A DNA stretch of 64,000 nucleotides from Candidatus Latescibacterota bacterium (lineage in GTDB: Bacteria; Latescibacterota; UBA2968; UBA8231): contig OZ242214.1 of assembly GCA_965206595.1 (NCBI GenBank), forward strand, positions 6,944,001 through 7,008,000. The letters run 5' to 3'. The position numbers and the translations under genes were made by a program. How positions within the stretch are numbered: the stretch's first letter is position 1; each line of letters begins with the position of its first letter. Positions 10,785 through 20,978 of the stretch are shown here, piece after piece. Below the pieces are notes generated by a model. It was given only the letters and a program-made list of their open reading frames with translations. It ran no database searches and was not told the DNA's origin.

Positions 10785-11213
10785 TCACGCCGGCTCGAAG
10801 GCGAGGAAGGTCCGCGCGCCGTCCGGACCGCCCCGGTGCAGAAACTTCACCTTCACCGGCATGCCGACGGCGAGTGTTTCCGGCGCCCTCGGGTCGACCC
10901 CCTCGATGCGGGCGACGACCCGCGCCCCTTCCCGCAGCTCCACGACCCCGGTGCAGTAGGGGTTGTCGCGGCCGTACCCCTCCTCGGACATGAACCGCGG
11001 CCCGATGGCGATGCTCGTGAACCCGGCCAGGGTCCCGGTCCCCTGCATCCGCTCCCACTCCATGCAGGTGCCGTAGCAGCGCGGGCAGAGGGATCGCGGC
11101 GGCACGAAGAGGCTGCCGCACGCCCGGCAGCGCGCCCCCATCAGCTTCTCCTCGGCGAGATAGCGCTCGAACGAGTGGTCGTTGACCGGTCTGGCCGCGG
11201 CCGCTTCTGACAT
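10785..11213 (-). CDS. Zn-ribbon/OB-fold protein (DUF35)
   Basis: CRACG...PPRSLCPRC followed by an OB fold; downstream of the thiolase. Confidence 0.9.
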   Translation of the reverse strand: MSEAAAARPVNDHSFERYLAEEKLMGARCRACGSLFVPPRSLCPRCYGTCMEWERMQGTGTLAGFTSIAIGPRFMSEEGYGRDNPYCTGVVELREGARVVARIEGVDPRAPETLAVGMPVKVKFLHRGGPDGARTFLAFEPA

Positions 11214-11215
11214 CG

Positions 11216-12481
11216 CTACCTCCGCTCGAGGATGGTGTAGGTGCAGGTGCCGCCGGTGCCGCCGAGGTTGTGGGCGGCGCCGAAGCGCAGGCCGCCGTTG
11301 CCTGCCTGCCGCTCTCCCGCCTGCTGCCGCAGCTGCTCCCAGATCTCGATCAGCTGCGCCGAGCCGGTGGCCCCCACCGGGTGCCCCTTGCACTTCAGCC
11401 CGCCGGAGGTGTTGACCGGCCTGGCTCCGTCGAGACGGGTCAGGCCGTCGGCGACCGCCCGGCACCCTTGCCCCGGCGGGAAGAAACCGAGGTCCTCGAT
11501 GTGGATCAGCTCGGCTATCGAGAAGCAGTCGTGCACCTCCGCGACCCCGATCTCCTCCGGCCCGATGCCGGCCATGGCGTAAGCCTCGGCCGCCGCGGCC
11601 TGCGTCGCCTCGAAGCTGGTCAGGTCCTCCGCGGCGTGCAGGCCGCGGCCGCTTCCCTGGCCGAGACCGGCGACGTGGAGCGGGGCGTCGGTGAAGCTGG
11701 CCGCCATCTCCTCGCCGACGAGCAGCAGGCAGGCGGCGCCGTCGCTTATCGGGCAGCAGTCGAACAGGTGGATGGGCCAGGCGACGGCGGGGTTGGCCTT
11801 CGCATCCCACAGGAAGTCCTTTTCGTCCGCCCATTCGGGGAGGGGCTGCCCCTTTGCTTTCGCCCGCTCGACCTTCCCCTTCATGATGTCCCCGATCGAG
11901 AGGTTGTACTGCGCCCGGGGATTGAGCGCCGCGTTCTCGTGGCTCTTGATGGTGACGTTCATCAGGTGCTCGCGGCCGGCCCCGTGCTTGTCGAAATAGG
12001 CGGTGGCGATGGTGCCGAAGACCCCGGGAAAGGTGAAACCGGCCTTGCGTTCGTACGGGACCGCGGCCAGGGCGAGCCCCTCGGCCACCTCCGCGGTGGT
12101 GCGCTTCGACATCTCCTCGACGCCGCCGACCAGCACCATGTCGTAGAACCCGGAAGCGATGGCGAACACCCCTTCGCGGAAGGCGAGCGCGCTCGAGGCG
12201 CAGGCCCCCTCGGTGCGCGTCGCCGGCTTCGGCACCAGCCCGATGGCGTCGGACATGATGGCGCTCCAGTGGGACTGCGCGACGAAGTAGTCGTTGGTGA
12301 AGTTGCCGAGGTAGAGAGCGTCGATGTCGCGGGGGTCCACCCCCTTGTCGACCGATGCCAGCGTGGCGGTGAAGGCGTCGGTGAACAGGTCCTTCGAGTC
12401 CCTGTCGTCGAACATGCCGAACTCCGACATGCCGGCGCCGACCACGGCGACGCCCCTGCCCAGCTTTCGTCTCTTTCCCAT
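11216..12481 (-). CDS. SCP2-type thiolase family protein
   Basis: EGACASS, DGAA, EVHDCF, NTSGGLKCKGHPVGATG, HNLGG. Confidence 0.92.
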   Translation of the reverse strand: MGKRRKLGRGVAVVGAGMSEFGMFDDRDSKDLFTDAFTATLASVDKGVDPRDIDALYLGNFTNDYFVAQSHWSAIMSDAIGLVPKPATRTEGACASSALAFREGVFAIASGFYDMVLVGGVEEMSKRTTAEVAEGLALAAVPYERKAGFTFPGVFGTIATAYFDKHGAGREHLMNVTIKSHENAALNPRAQYNLSIGDIMKGKVERAKAKGQPLPEWADEKDFLWDAKANPAVAWPIHLFDCCPISDGAACLLLVGEEMAASFTDAPLHVAGLGQGSGRGLHAAEDLTSFEATQAAAAEAYAMAGIGPEEIGVAEVHDCFSIAELIHIEDLGFFPPGQGCRAVADGLTRLDGARPVNTSGGLKCKGHPVGATGSAQLIEIWEQLRQQAGERQAGNGGLRFGAAHNLGGTGGTCTYTILERR

Positions 12482-12497
12482 TTGCTGCCCCTGTCGG

Positions 12498-14063
12498 TTA
12501 CACGACCTTGCGCTCGCGGCCCTTCCAGTAGCTGTCGCGCAGTTCCCGCTTGAGAATCTTGCCGTAGTTGTTCTTCGGCAGCTCGTCGACGAACTCGACC
12601 GCCCTCGGCTTCTTGTAGCTAGCGATCCGCTCCCTGCAGAAATCGATCAGCTCTTCGGCCGGGACCTCGCGGCCCGGAACGGTGGCGACCACCGCGATCA
12701 CCGCCTCCCCCCATTTCGGGTCGGGCGCCCCGACCACGGCGACCTCGCGCACCGCCGGATGCCGGACGAGGACCTCCTCGATCTCGCGCGGGTAGATGTT
12801 CTCGCCGCCGCTGATGATCAGGTCCTTCGACCGGTCCATCAGGAAGAGGTACCCCCTGTCGTCCATGCAGCCGACGTCCCCGGTGTGCAGCCAGCCGTTC
12901 CTCAGGGTCTCCGCGGTCGCCTCCGGGTCGCGCCAGTACCCCTTCATCACCAGGTCGGAGCGGGTCGCGATCTCCCCCATCCCGCCCGCGGGCAGCTCGT
13001 TGTCTTCGGCGTCGACGATCTTCACCTCGACCTCGGTGCGCGGGATCCCGGCCGATCCGAGACGCGCCAGCTGTTCGGGAGTGCCGTCGGCGACGTGGTC
13101 GCGGTGCGACAGGTAGGAGATCGTCATCGGCGATTCCCCCTGCCCGTAGAGCTGCACTAGACAGGGGCCGAGCCTGCGCAGCGCCGCCTTCGTGTCCTCG
13201 ACCAGCATCGGGGCGCCTCCGTACATCAGCGCCTTCAGGGAGCCGAGGTCGAAGCGGTCGAGCCGCGGGTGGTCGAGCAGCAGCTTGATCATCGTCGGGG
13301 CGGCGAACAGGTTGGTGACCCGGTGCCGCTCGATCAGCTGCAGCACCTCTTCGGCGGCGAACGACCTGCCCGAGGGGATCACGTTGAGGGCCGCCTTGGC
13401 GATGTTGGGCAGGGCGTAGAGGCCGCTGCCGTGGGAGAGGGGGGCGGCGAGCAGGACCACGTCCTCCGGGCTGCAGCCCGGCATCATGTCGGCGTAGAAG
13501 CTCGACGTCATCGCCAGCAGGTTGCGGTGTGTGAGCATCGCCCCCTTTGGCTGCCCGGTGGTGCCGGAGGTGTAGAACAGCCAGGCGACGTCCTCCGTAT
13601 CGACGTCGGCGTCGTCGAACTCCCCGGACCCGGCGGCGAGCAGCTGCTCGTAGTCGAGGACCTCCCCCCCGGTCCCGGCGGTCGCGATCACCCGGGGGGC
13701 GCTTCCAATGAGGTCGGCGACCTCGCGCAACGGCCCGACGAACTCGGGAGACACCAGCACCGCTTTCGCTTCGCTGTGGTCGATTATGTAGGCGAACTCG
13801 CGCGGGTGCAGGCGGAAGTTGATCGGCACCGCGCCGCAGCCGGCCTTGAAGCAGGCGAACATCGACTCCAGCATCTGCGGGCAGTTGTACATCAGCACCG
13901 CGACGTGGTCGCCCCTGCCGACCCCGAGGCGCCCCAGCCCGTTGGCGAGCTGGTTGGCGCGCCGGTTGAACTCCGCGTAGGTCTGCTTCTCGGGCCCCTG
14001 CACGGTGGCCGGGTACTCCGGGAAGCTGCGCGCGGACTTGGTCAGTAACTTGCCGATATTCAT
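12498..14063 (-). CDS. AMP-binding acyl-CoA ligase
   Basis: YTSGTTGQPKG, YGQGE, WLHTGD, ISGGENIYP, GKILK; likely start MNIGKLL. Confidence 0.93.
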   Translation of the reverse strand: MNIGKLLTKSARSFPEYPATVQGPEKQTYAEFNRRANQLANGLGRLGVGRGDHVAVLMYNCPQMLESMFACFKAGCGAVPINFRLHPREFAYIIDHSEAKAVLVSPEFVGPLREVADLIGSAPRVIATAGTGGEVLDYEQLLAAGSGEFDDADVDTEDVAWLFYTSGTTGQPKGAMLTHRNLLAMTSSFYADMMPGCSPEDVVLLAAPLSHGSGLYALPNIAKAALNVIPSGRSFAAEEVLQLIERHRVTNLFAAPTMIKLLLDHPRLDRFDLGSLKALMYGGAPMLVEDTKAALRRLGPCLVQLYGQGESPMTISYLSHRDHVADGTPEQLARLGSAGIPRTEVEVKIVDAEDNELPAGGMGEIATRSDLVMKGYWRDPEATAETLRNGWLHTGDVGCMDDRGYLFLMDRSKDLIISGGENIYPREIEEVLVRHPAVREVAVVGAPDPKWGEAVIAVVATVPGREVPAEELIDFCRERIASYKKPRAVEFVDELPKNNYGKILKRELRDSYWKGRERKVV

Positions 14064-14174
14064 GTCTAGCCGATGCTCCCTGCCCTCAAGCTCCGGCATC
14101 CGCGGGAGGGCGGCAAGTGCTTGACCGGTATGGGCAAAATCGGCTTTGTAGGGCCCCCAAATAGGAGCTTTCCC

Positions 14175-15365
14175 ATGTCGAAGAAATACACCGCGGCCAT
14201 CGTCGGCTGCGGCTCCATCGGCCACGCCCATGTCGAGGGCTACCGGCGCGCCGGCGTCGAGCTGGTCGCCGTCGCCGACCCGGTAGCCGAGGCGCGCCGC
14301 CAGTACATCCGCGAATACGGACCCCTCGAGGAGTTCGGCAGCGTCCACGAGCTGCTCGCCGGGTCTTCCCCCGACATCGTCAGCGTCTGCACCTGGCACC
14401 GGCTGCACCCGGAACCGGTGATCGCCGCGGCCGGTGCCGGAGTCGGGGGGGTGATCTGCGAGAAGCCGATGGCGGTCTGCATGGCCGACGCCGACCGCAT
14501 GGTCGAGGCCTGCGACGGCGGCGGCACCCGGCTCGTCGTCAGTCACCAGCGGCGCTTCACGCGCGGCTGGGAGCGCGCCCGGGAGCTGGTGCAGGAAGGG
14601 GCCATCGGCAAGCCGCTCACCGTCGACAACAAGGTCGGACACGGGCTGTTGAACTGCGGCACCCACACCATCGACGGGGGGCGCTTCGTCCTCGGCGATC
14701 CCGCCCCGGTCTGGGTGATGGGGGCGGTCGAGCGCCGCACCGACCGCCACGAGCGCAACACGCCGATAGAGGACTGCTGCATCGGCCTGGTCCATTTCGA
14801 CAGCGGCGCCCAGATGACGATCCAGTGCGACCTCGACATGGATGGGGCCTCGGCCGGGTCGTTTCTGATCCGCGGCTCCGAGGGAATGATCGCCGCCAGC
14901 GAGGCCAGGGTGTCGCTGTTCAACGGCGAGACCGGCGGCTGGCGCGAGATCGACCTCGGGGAGGAGGAGATCGCCGCCATCGGCGGCAACACCAACGCCG
15001 CCCAGGTGCGCGAGCTGATCGCCTGGATCGAGGGGGGCCCGGAGCACCGCGGCTCCGGGCACCAGGCCCGGATGACCGTCGAGGTCATGATGTCCCTCTA
15101 CGAATCGGCGCGGCGGAACCGGGTCATCCACCTGCCGCTTCAGGAGCGGGAGTACCCGCTTGAGCTGATGATCGCCGCGGGCGAGCTGCCGCTCGAGGAG
15201 GAGGGGCGCTACGACATCCGCGGCTTCCTCAGCTGGGAGGGGGTCGACTCCGGGCGCTTCGACGAGCTGCGCGATGAGGGCCTCGAGCACGGCCAGATCA
15301 TGATGCGGCTGCACGAGGAGAGGGAGCGGGAGCAGGTGCCGGTGGCGGGTGATTCACGGCCTTAA
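14175..15365 (+). CDS. Gfo/Idh/MocA family oxidoreductase
   Basis: IVGCGSIG, CEKPMA; AGGAG RBS. Confidence 0.92.
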   Translation: MSKKYTAAIVGCGSIGHAHVEGYRRAGVELVAVADPVAEARRQYIREYGPLEEFGSVHELLAGSSPDIVSVCTWHRLHPEPVIAAAGAGVGGVICEKPMAVCMADADRMVEACDGGGTRLVVSHQRRFTRGWERARELVQEGAIGKPLTVDNKVGHGLLNCGTHTIDGGRFVLGDPAPVWVMGAVERRTDRHERNTPIEDCCIGLVHFDSGAQMTIQCDLDMDGASAGSFLIRGSEGMIAASEARVSLFNGETGGWREIDLGEEEIAAIGGNTNAAQVRELIAWIEGGPEHRGSGHQARMTVEVMMSLYESARRNRVIHLPLQEREYPLELMIAAGELPLEEEGRYDIRGFLSWEGVDSGRFDELRDEGLEHGQIMMRLHEEREREQVPVAGDSRP

Positions 15366-15932
15366 ATGACCTCCGAGCCCCTCCTCTTCCTGGTGACCGG
15401 GCTCCCCTGCAGCGGCAAGACCGGCATCGCCTCCAGGCTGTCGGCCGAGCTCGCGCTCCCCATGCTCGCCAAGGACGACATCAAGGAGGGGCTGTTCGAC
15501 ACCCTTGGATACGGAGGCCGCGAGCGCTCGCTCGAGCTCAGCCGCGCCGCCTATGCGATCCTCTACCGCCAGGTGCGCCGCCTGCTGTCGGCGGGGCTGT
15601 CGCTGATCGCCGAGAGCAACTTCGACCCGGTGCAGGCCTCCGGGCAGCTCGCGGCGATCCGGTCGGACCTCCCCTTCGGCATGTTCCAGATCCAGTGTCA
15701 CGCGGCCGGCCCGGTGCTGGTGGAGCGCTTCCGGCAGCGGATGGAGAAGGGGCGCCACCCCGGGCACGCCGACGCCGAGCTCTTCGCCGAGATCCGCCCC
15801 CGGCTCGAGCGCGGCAGGCTGGGGCTGCTCGATATGGAGGGCGAAAAAATGGAAGTCGATACCACCGATTTTTCAGCCGTCGACCACGACACGCTGGCCG
15901 CCGCGGTGCGCCGCGCCCTGAAAGCCCGTTGA
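15366..15932 (+). CDS. P-loop kinase (AAA_33 family)
   Basis: GLPCSGKT Walker A, KDDIKE. Confidence 0.85.
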   Translation: MTSEPLLFLVTGLPCSGKTGIASRLSAELALPMLAKDDIKEGLFDTLGYGGRERSLELSRAAYAILYRQVRRLLSAGLSLIAESNFDPVQASGQLAAIRSDLPFGMFQIQCHAAGPVLVERFRQRMEKGRHPGHADAELFAEIRPRLERGRLGLLDMEGEKMEVDTTDFSAVDHDTLAAAVRRALKAR

Positions 15933-15951
15933 CCCGAACCGGGAAAGAGCG

Positions 15952-16764
15952 ATGAACAACCTGCCCGCCATAGAGATCTACTCCATCGGAACCGAGCTGC
16001 TCAACGGCCAGATCCAGGACACCAACTCCTGGTGGATGGCGCGGCAGATCGCCGCTCTCGGGGGGTACGTGCGGCGCATCGCCATACTCGACGACGACGC
16101 GGAGGAGATATCCGGGGTGCTGTCCGACGCCTGCCGCCGCGGCACGCGGATCGCGATCACCAGCGGCGGACTCGGACCGACGCCGGACGACCTCACCGTC
16201 GAGGTGATCGCCGGTATCATGGGGGTGGAGGTCGCCGTCGACGAGAGCCTGGTGGGCCGCTTCATGCGCAGCCGGGGAATCGAAAGGCGGGAGGAGGTCA
16301 ACCCGGGGTTGCTCAAGATGGCGACGATCCCGGAGGGGGCCACGGCGCATCCCAACCCCGCGGGAGTGGCCCCGTGCGTCGAGGTCCGGGTCGGCGGGAC
16401 CACCCTGTTCGCCCTGCCCGGACCGCCGCGCGAGGTGGAGGCCCTTTTCAGGCAGAGCGTCGAGCCGGTGATCGCCGAGCTCTACAGCCGCGCCCGCGTC
16501 TCCCGGCGGGTCGCCGTCAACCTGCCGGAGTCGCAGTGCGGTCCGATCCTGCAGAGCGTCATGGACGAGATGCCCAACACCTACCTGAAGGCGTTCGTCG
16601 CTCTCAGGGAGCGCACCGCGGAGGGGCAGCGGCTTCCGGTCGACATCGTCGCCTGGGGGGACTCGGGAGTGGAAGCGGAGGAGCTGCTAGAACGGGCCCT
16701 GGCGATGTTCGCCGGGCAGGCCGCGGAGAAGGGGAGCGCCATCGAGGCGGTGGAGGGCGGCTGA
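15952..16764 (+). CDS. Molybdopterin-binding/CinA N-terminal domain protein
   Basis: IGTELLNGQIQDTN, SGGLGPTPDDLT, LPGPPRE. Confidence 0.9.
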   Translation: MNNLPAIEIYSIGTELLNGQIQDTNSWWMARQIAALGGYVRRIAILDDDAEEISGVLSDACRRGTRIAITSGGLGPTPDDLTVEVIAGIMGVEVAVDESLVGRFMRSRGIERREEVNPGLLKMATIPEGATAHPNPAGVAPCVEVRVGGTTLFALPGPPREVEALFRQSVEPVIAELYSRARVSRRVAVNLPESQCGPILQSVMDEMPNTYLKAFVALRERTAEGQRLPVDIVAWGDSGVEAEELLERALAMFAGQAAEKGSAIEAVEGG

Positions 16765-16948
16765 TCCGGGCGGCAAAAATTCGGGGCGAGGCCGGGCTCG
16801 ATCCAAAGCGCGAAGGCCCGTCGAGAAATGGGCGGCGGCGCTCAATCCACGCGCGAGGACAGTTGAGGTCGGGAAGGCCGCTGAGTCCGGTGACCAAGCC
16901 TCGCCAATCCGGGCGCGAATGGCCGGGGGCCAACGTCGGCCCTGGCGC

Positions 16949-17776
16949 TCAATCAGCGGCGCGGACCGCAGGGTCGAGGGCGTCGAAACAGAACTGCGCC
17001 GCGGCCCAGAGATCGTACCCCTCCTTCCCCCAGATCTGCCCGGTGACCTCGGGACAGATGTAGCGGTCCCAACCCGCGGCCTTCACCACCTTCACGTACT
17101 CCTCGAGATCGAGGCCGCCGTCCCCGGGAAGCAGGTAGACGACGCGGCCTTCGGCGTCCCTGTACCCGTCCTTGATGTGGTTGTGCGCCGCCAGCGGCAC
17201 GTTGAGTTCCGCGCAGTGCTCGAGGTCCATCCCCTCCACCCGGAAATGGCTGTAGTCGAAGTTGAGCCGCAAATGCTCGTGAGCGGCGCGCTCGATCAGC
17301 CAGACCGCCTTCTCCGGGGTCTCGAAGTCGCCGCCGGCGTGCGGCTCGATGGCGAGGACGGAGCCGTAGCGGGCTGCCATGTCGGCCACCTCGACCACCA
17401 GCTCGACGATCCGCTCCCTGCCGCTCTCCCAGGGCCGCTCGTGCCCCAGGGTCGACGACACCACCAGCGGCGCGTCGTCGATCTTCAGATCCCGTGCCAG
17501 GGCGAACGAGGCCTCGAACTGCGCCAGGGCGGCGGCGCGCCCCTCCCCCTCGGCGCAGGGCTTGAGCAGCGCCATGATGGCGGGGGTGGGAAAACCGGCG
17601 CTCCGGAAGGCCGCGGCGAGGCGCCGGCGCGCCCCGGCGTCCATGCGGGCCGGCTCGGTCTGCCAGCCGGGCTGCACGGCCAGCTCCATCCCCCGGTACC
17701 CCATGTCGCGCAGGCGCGGCAGGGCCTCGAACACGTCGACGCCCTTCATGCCGTAGGTGCTGTAGTAGAGGTCCAT
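16949..17776 (-). CDS. Sugar phosphate isomerase/epimerase (AP-endonuclease-2 TIM barrel)
   Basis: IEPH, NFDYSH, HIKD, PGDG motifs. Confidence 0.88.
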   Translation of the reverse strand: MDLYYSTYGMKGVDVFEALPRLRDMGYRGMELAVQPGWQTEPARMDAGARRRLAAAFRSAGFPTPAIMALLKPCAEGEGRAAALAQFEASFALARDLKIDDAPLVVSSTLGHERPWESGRERIVELVVEVADMAARYGSVLAIEPHAGGDFETPEKAVWLIERAAHEHLRLNFDYSHFRVEGMDLEHCAELNVPLAAHNHIKDGYRDAEGRVVYLLPGDGGLDLEEYVKVVKAAGWDRYICPEVTGQIWGKEGYDLWAAAQFCFDALDPAVRAAD

Positions 17777-17787
17777 CGGGGCCGGTC

Positions 17788-18855
17788 CTATCCCAGGTCG
17801 ACGTCAAAGTCAGCAGGGTCGAGGCCGCTGTCCTCGGCCAGTCCCCGCAGGCTGATCAGCACGTCCTCCGGCATCTCGATCCCCTCGGCGAGCGCCTTCT
17901 CCCGGCGCTCCCACTCCATCTCGCCCGGCAGGAAGATCTCCGCCCCTTCGGCGAGGTCGGCGCTCTTGATCTCCTCCGCCATCGCCGCCATGCGCCCGTG
18001 GAACTCCGCGGCCGGCATGATGGCGCCGACGTCGATGGCGAGGAAGGCATGCCCCTGGTTCGACGGCTCCGGGTCGTCGTACGCCACCCAGCTGTGCACG
18101 CCGCTCATCACCGCGGACCCGCTGAGCACCGCGGTGAGAATCTCGACGAACACCGCCATGCCGTACCCCTTGTGCCCGGCCATCGGCAGCTGCGCCCCCT
18201 TTTCCGGGAAGATCGACGGGTCCGTCGTCGGCACCCCCTCCTCGTCGACCAGCCAGGTGTCGGGAATGGGGCGCCCCTCGTTGCGGGCGGCGAAGATCTT
18301 CGTCGCCGCGACGGCGCTGGTGGCGATGTCGAGCATCACCGTGCGCTCGCCCCCGGTCGGCGCCGCCCAGGCGATCGGGTTGGTCCCGAGGATGCGGCTC
18401 TTGCCCCCCGGCACGGTCATGCAGGGCTCGACGTTGCACATCGACATGCCGAACATGCCGTTCTCGGCGATCATGTTGGCGTAGAACCCGGCGGCCCCGT
18501 AGTGGCTGCTGCCGCGCACCCCGACGTAGGCCATGCCGGTCTCCCCCGCCTTGGCGAGGGCAAGTTGCACGGCGCGAAAGGAAATCGCCGGCGGCATGCC
18601 GTCCCGGGCGTCGACGATCGCCCAGGAGGGTCCCTCGGAGACGACCTCCTCCCTGGCGCCGCCGTCGAGCCGGCCGCTGCGCGCGTTGATCATCAGGCCG
18701 CGGATCTGCCGCGTGCCGTGGGTGAAGGTGCCCCAGGTGTCGGTCTTGACGAACACATGGGCGGAAAGCTCGGCGTCCTCCTGGCCGATGCCGGCCCGGG
18801 TCATGGCGGCGACGCAGAACTTCTCGAGGTCGGCAGCTTGGATCCTGGTGGCCAT
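17788..18855 (-). CDS. Ldh_2 family oxidoreductase (malate/L-lactate/ureidoglycolate dehydrogenase-like)
   Basis: THG, SSHYGA, GTNPIA, DIATS, GHKGYG, LPGE. Confidence 0.92.
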   Translation of the reverse strand: MATRIQAADLEKFCVAAMTRAGIGQEDAELSAHVFVKTDTWGTFTHGTRQIRGLMINARSGRLDGGAREEVVSEGPSWAIVDARDGMPPAISFRAVQLALAKAGETGMAYVGVRGSSHYGAAGFYANMIAENGMFGMSMCNVEPCMTVPGGKSRILGTNPIAWAAPTGGERTVMLDIATSAVAATKIFAARNEGRPIPDTWLVDEEGVPTTDPSIFPEKGAQLPMAGHKGYGMAVFVEILTAVLSGSAVMSGVHSWVAYDDPEPSNQGHAFLAIDVGAIMPAAEFHGRMAAMAEEIKSADLAEGAEIFLPGEMEWERREKALAEGIEMPEDVLISLRGLAEDSGLDPADFDVDLG

Positions 18856-19282
18856 TCGATGCTCCTGTGGATGCGGAATTCCGGTGCCTGACAGCCGTTG
18901 AAAAAGTCCATCCGGGAAGCGCCGGCCCGTGCGGCTCGGCCTCCCCTTCAGAGCAACTTTACCAACGGGATGCAAAACGAAGCGGGGAGAATCAGGGCCG
19001 CGGCCTCGGCGGGGTCAACTTCCGCGCGGGCGCCATTCAGTCTGCTCGCACGCCGGTCCGGGTTCCCGTTTCTTTCAAGGCCAATGCGATTGTGTCAGGT
19101 TTCTCAGGAACTCGAGCGCGATGGCGATCGCGCGGGAACTCGAGCGCCCCGAAGTTTTGCCTCGGCGCGCGTTTTCCGTATCGAATCGAGCCTCCCGTTC
19201 GACCGGCTGACAACATGACAGGCCACCAGGACTGTTGCGGGAAAACCGCGGCAGGGGTCCGGCAACAGGGAGAAAGGCAGCG

Positions 19283-20830
19283 ATGAAATACGCCTCCAAG
19301 GTACCACAGCGGACCTACGCGGCGCGGTTGGAAGAACAGCTCCGGCAGCTCGAGACGGACGAGCTGACACTCCGCTTCGCCGAATCGCGGCGGCGTCTCT
19401 CATCCGACCGCTACCGCCCGGTCTACCACTACGTCAACCCGGAAGGTCCCTCGAACGATCCCAACGGGTTCTGCAGGTGGCAGGGACGGTTCCACCTGTT
19501 CTATCAGCAGTACCCCCCGGAAGACAGGCGCCAGCACTGGGGCCACGCCGTCAGTGAAGACCTCGTGTACTGGCGGGATCTGCCCATCGCCATCTATCCC
19601 GGCATCGAAGAGAAATGCTACAGCGGCAGCGCCCTCACCGAGGAGGACCGCGTCCTCGCCTGCTACCACGGCACCGGCGCCGGCACGATGATCGCCGAAG
19701 CTTCGGATCCCCTGCTCCTCAACTGGGAGAAGATCCCCGGCAACCCCGTCATCCCGGAGGACGAGACGGCCGCCCCCGGGGACCCCTACTGCATCGGCGA
19801 CCCCTGTCTGTGGAAGGGAGAGAAGGGCTACTACTCCCTGTCGGGATCGCAGCAGGGCACGCGCCTGGTCGACTCGAAGCCGGTTGCCCACCTGTTCTTC
19901 TCCGAGGACCTGCGCCACTGGTCCTACCGGGGCCCGTTCCTGGAAGGGGACGTCTTCACCACCGCCGGCGAGGATTGCGCCGTGCCCTACTTCTGGCCCC
20001 TCGGCGACAAGCACATCCTCGTCTTCGGCAGTCACCAGCGGGGGTCGCAGTACCTGCTCGGCGACTGGGACGAAGAGGCCGGAAGGTTCAGGCCGTTCGC
20101 CCACGACCGTTTCTGTTTCGGCCCGATAAACAACGGCGGCACCAACGCCCCCACGGCCGCGCCGGACGGCGACGGCGGGGTATACATCATGCACATGCTC
20201 AGCTTCGGCCTGGACACCAAAGGCTGGAACGGCATGATGTCCCTGCCGAGCCGGCTCGGCCTGGGGCCGGGCAACACCGTCACCAACGAGCCCGTGGCCG
20301 CACTCGAATCGCTGCGCACCGACCACCGGCGGATCGGTGAAACGACGCTGCCCGCCAACCGCGACGTGCCTCTCGAAGGGGTGCGGGGAAATGCCATGGA
20401 GCTCGTGGCGCGGATCGATCCGAAGGATGCCCGGGAAGTCTGCATCGAGGTGCTGCGCTCTCCCGACGGAGAAGAGACCACGAGCATCCGCTATCTCCGC
20501 AACGGCGGCGCGGTAAAGACGAAAGGGCCGGAAACCTGGCACGACGCGCTCGTAATAGACACCTGCCGCACCTCGGTGCTGCCGGAGGTCCTCGCCCGTC
20601 CACCTGAGACGGCCCGGTTCAAGCTCGAAGACGGCGAGGTCCTAGAGCTGCGGATTTTCATCGACACGAGCATCCTCGAGGTCTTCGCCAACAACCGGCG
20701 CTACATGACCGTGCGAGTGCACCCGGGAGGCGACGACAGCCTCGGGGTCGGCATGCGCGCCCAGGGCAGCGATGCGGTTCTGCTTTCCCTCGATGCCTGG
20801 CGGATGAAGAGTATCTGGGAGAGGCAGTGA
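19283..20830 (+). CDS. Glycoside hydrolase family 32 protein (atypical active site)
   Basis: RPVYH, NDPNG, HLFYQ, HWGHAVSEDL, YSGS; C-terminal IFIDTSILEVFAN. Confidence 0.88.
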   Translation: MKYASKVPQRTYAARLEEQLRQLETDELTLRFAESRRRLSSDRYRPVYHYVNPEGPSNDPNGFCRWQGRFHLFYQQYPPEDRRQHWGHAVSEDLVYWRDLPIAIYPGIEEKCYSGSALTEEDRVLACYHGTGAGTMIAEASDPLLLNWEKIPGNPVIPEDETAAPGDPYCIGDPCLWKGEKGYYSLSGSQQGTRLVDSKPVAHLFFSEDLRHWSYRGPFLEGDVFTTAGEDCAVPYFWPLGDKHILVFGSHQRGSQYLLGDWDEEAGRFRPFAHDRFCFGPINNGGTNAPTAAPDGDGGVYIMHMLSFGLDTKGWNGMMSLPSRLGLGPGNTVTNEPVAALESLRTDHRRIGETTLPANRDVPLEGVRGNAMELVARIDPKDAREVCIEVLRSPDGEETTSIRYLRNGGAVKTKGPETWHDALVIDTCRTSVLPEVLARPPETARFKLEDGEVLELRIFIDTSILEVFANNRRYMTVRVHPGGDDSLGVGMRAQGSDAVLLSLDAWRMKSIWERQ

Positions 20831-20978
20831 ACGTCAGCGGGACGGGCGTCCCGACGACTGGCGCTCGCTGCCGGGGCCTCGGCATCAGCGCCGGCTGGGT
20901 CGCCTGGACGAGCCGGGCTTGTCGAAACTCCGCAGGAACTCTCGGCCCACGTTCAGGGCAGCGGATCCTGCCGCCCCT

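Noticed and set aside
12498-15314. 938-aa CoA ligase (and similarly extended 10785-11834, 46588-48219)
   Set aside because: The extensions overlap real neighbouring genes; typical high-GC ORF artefacts
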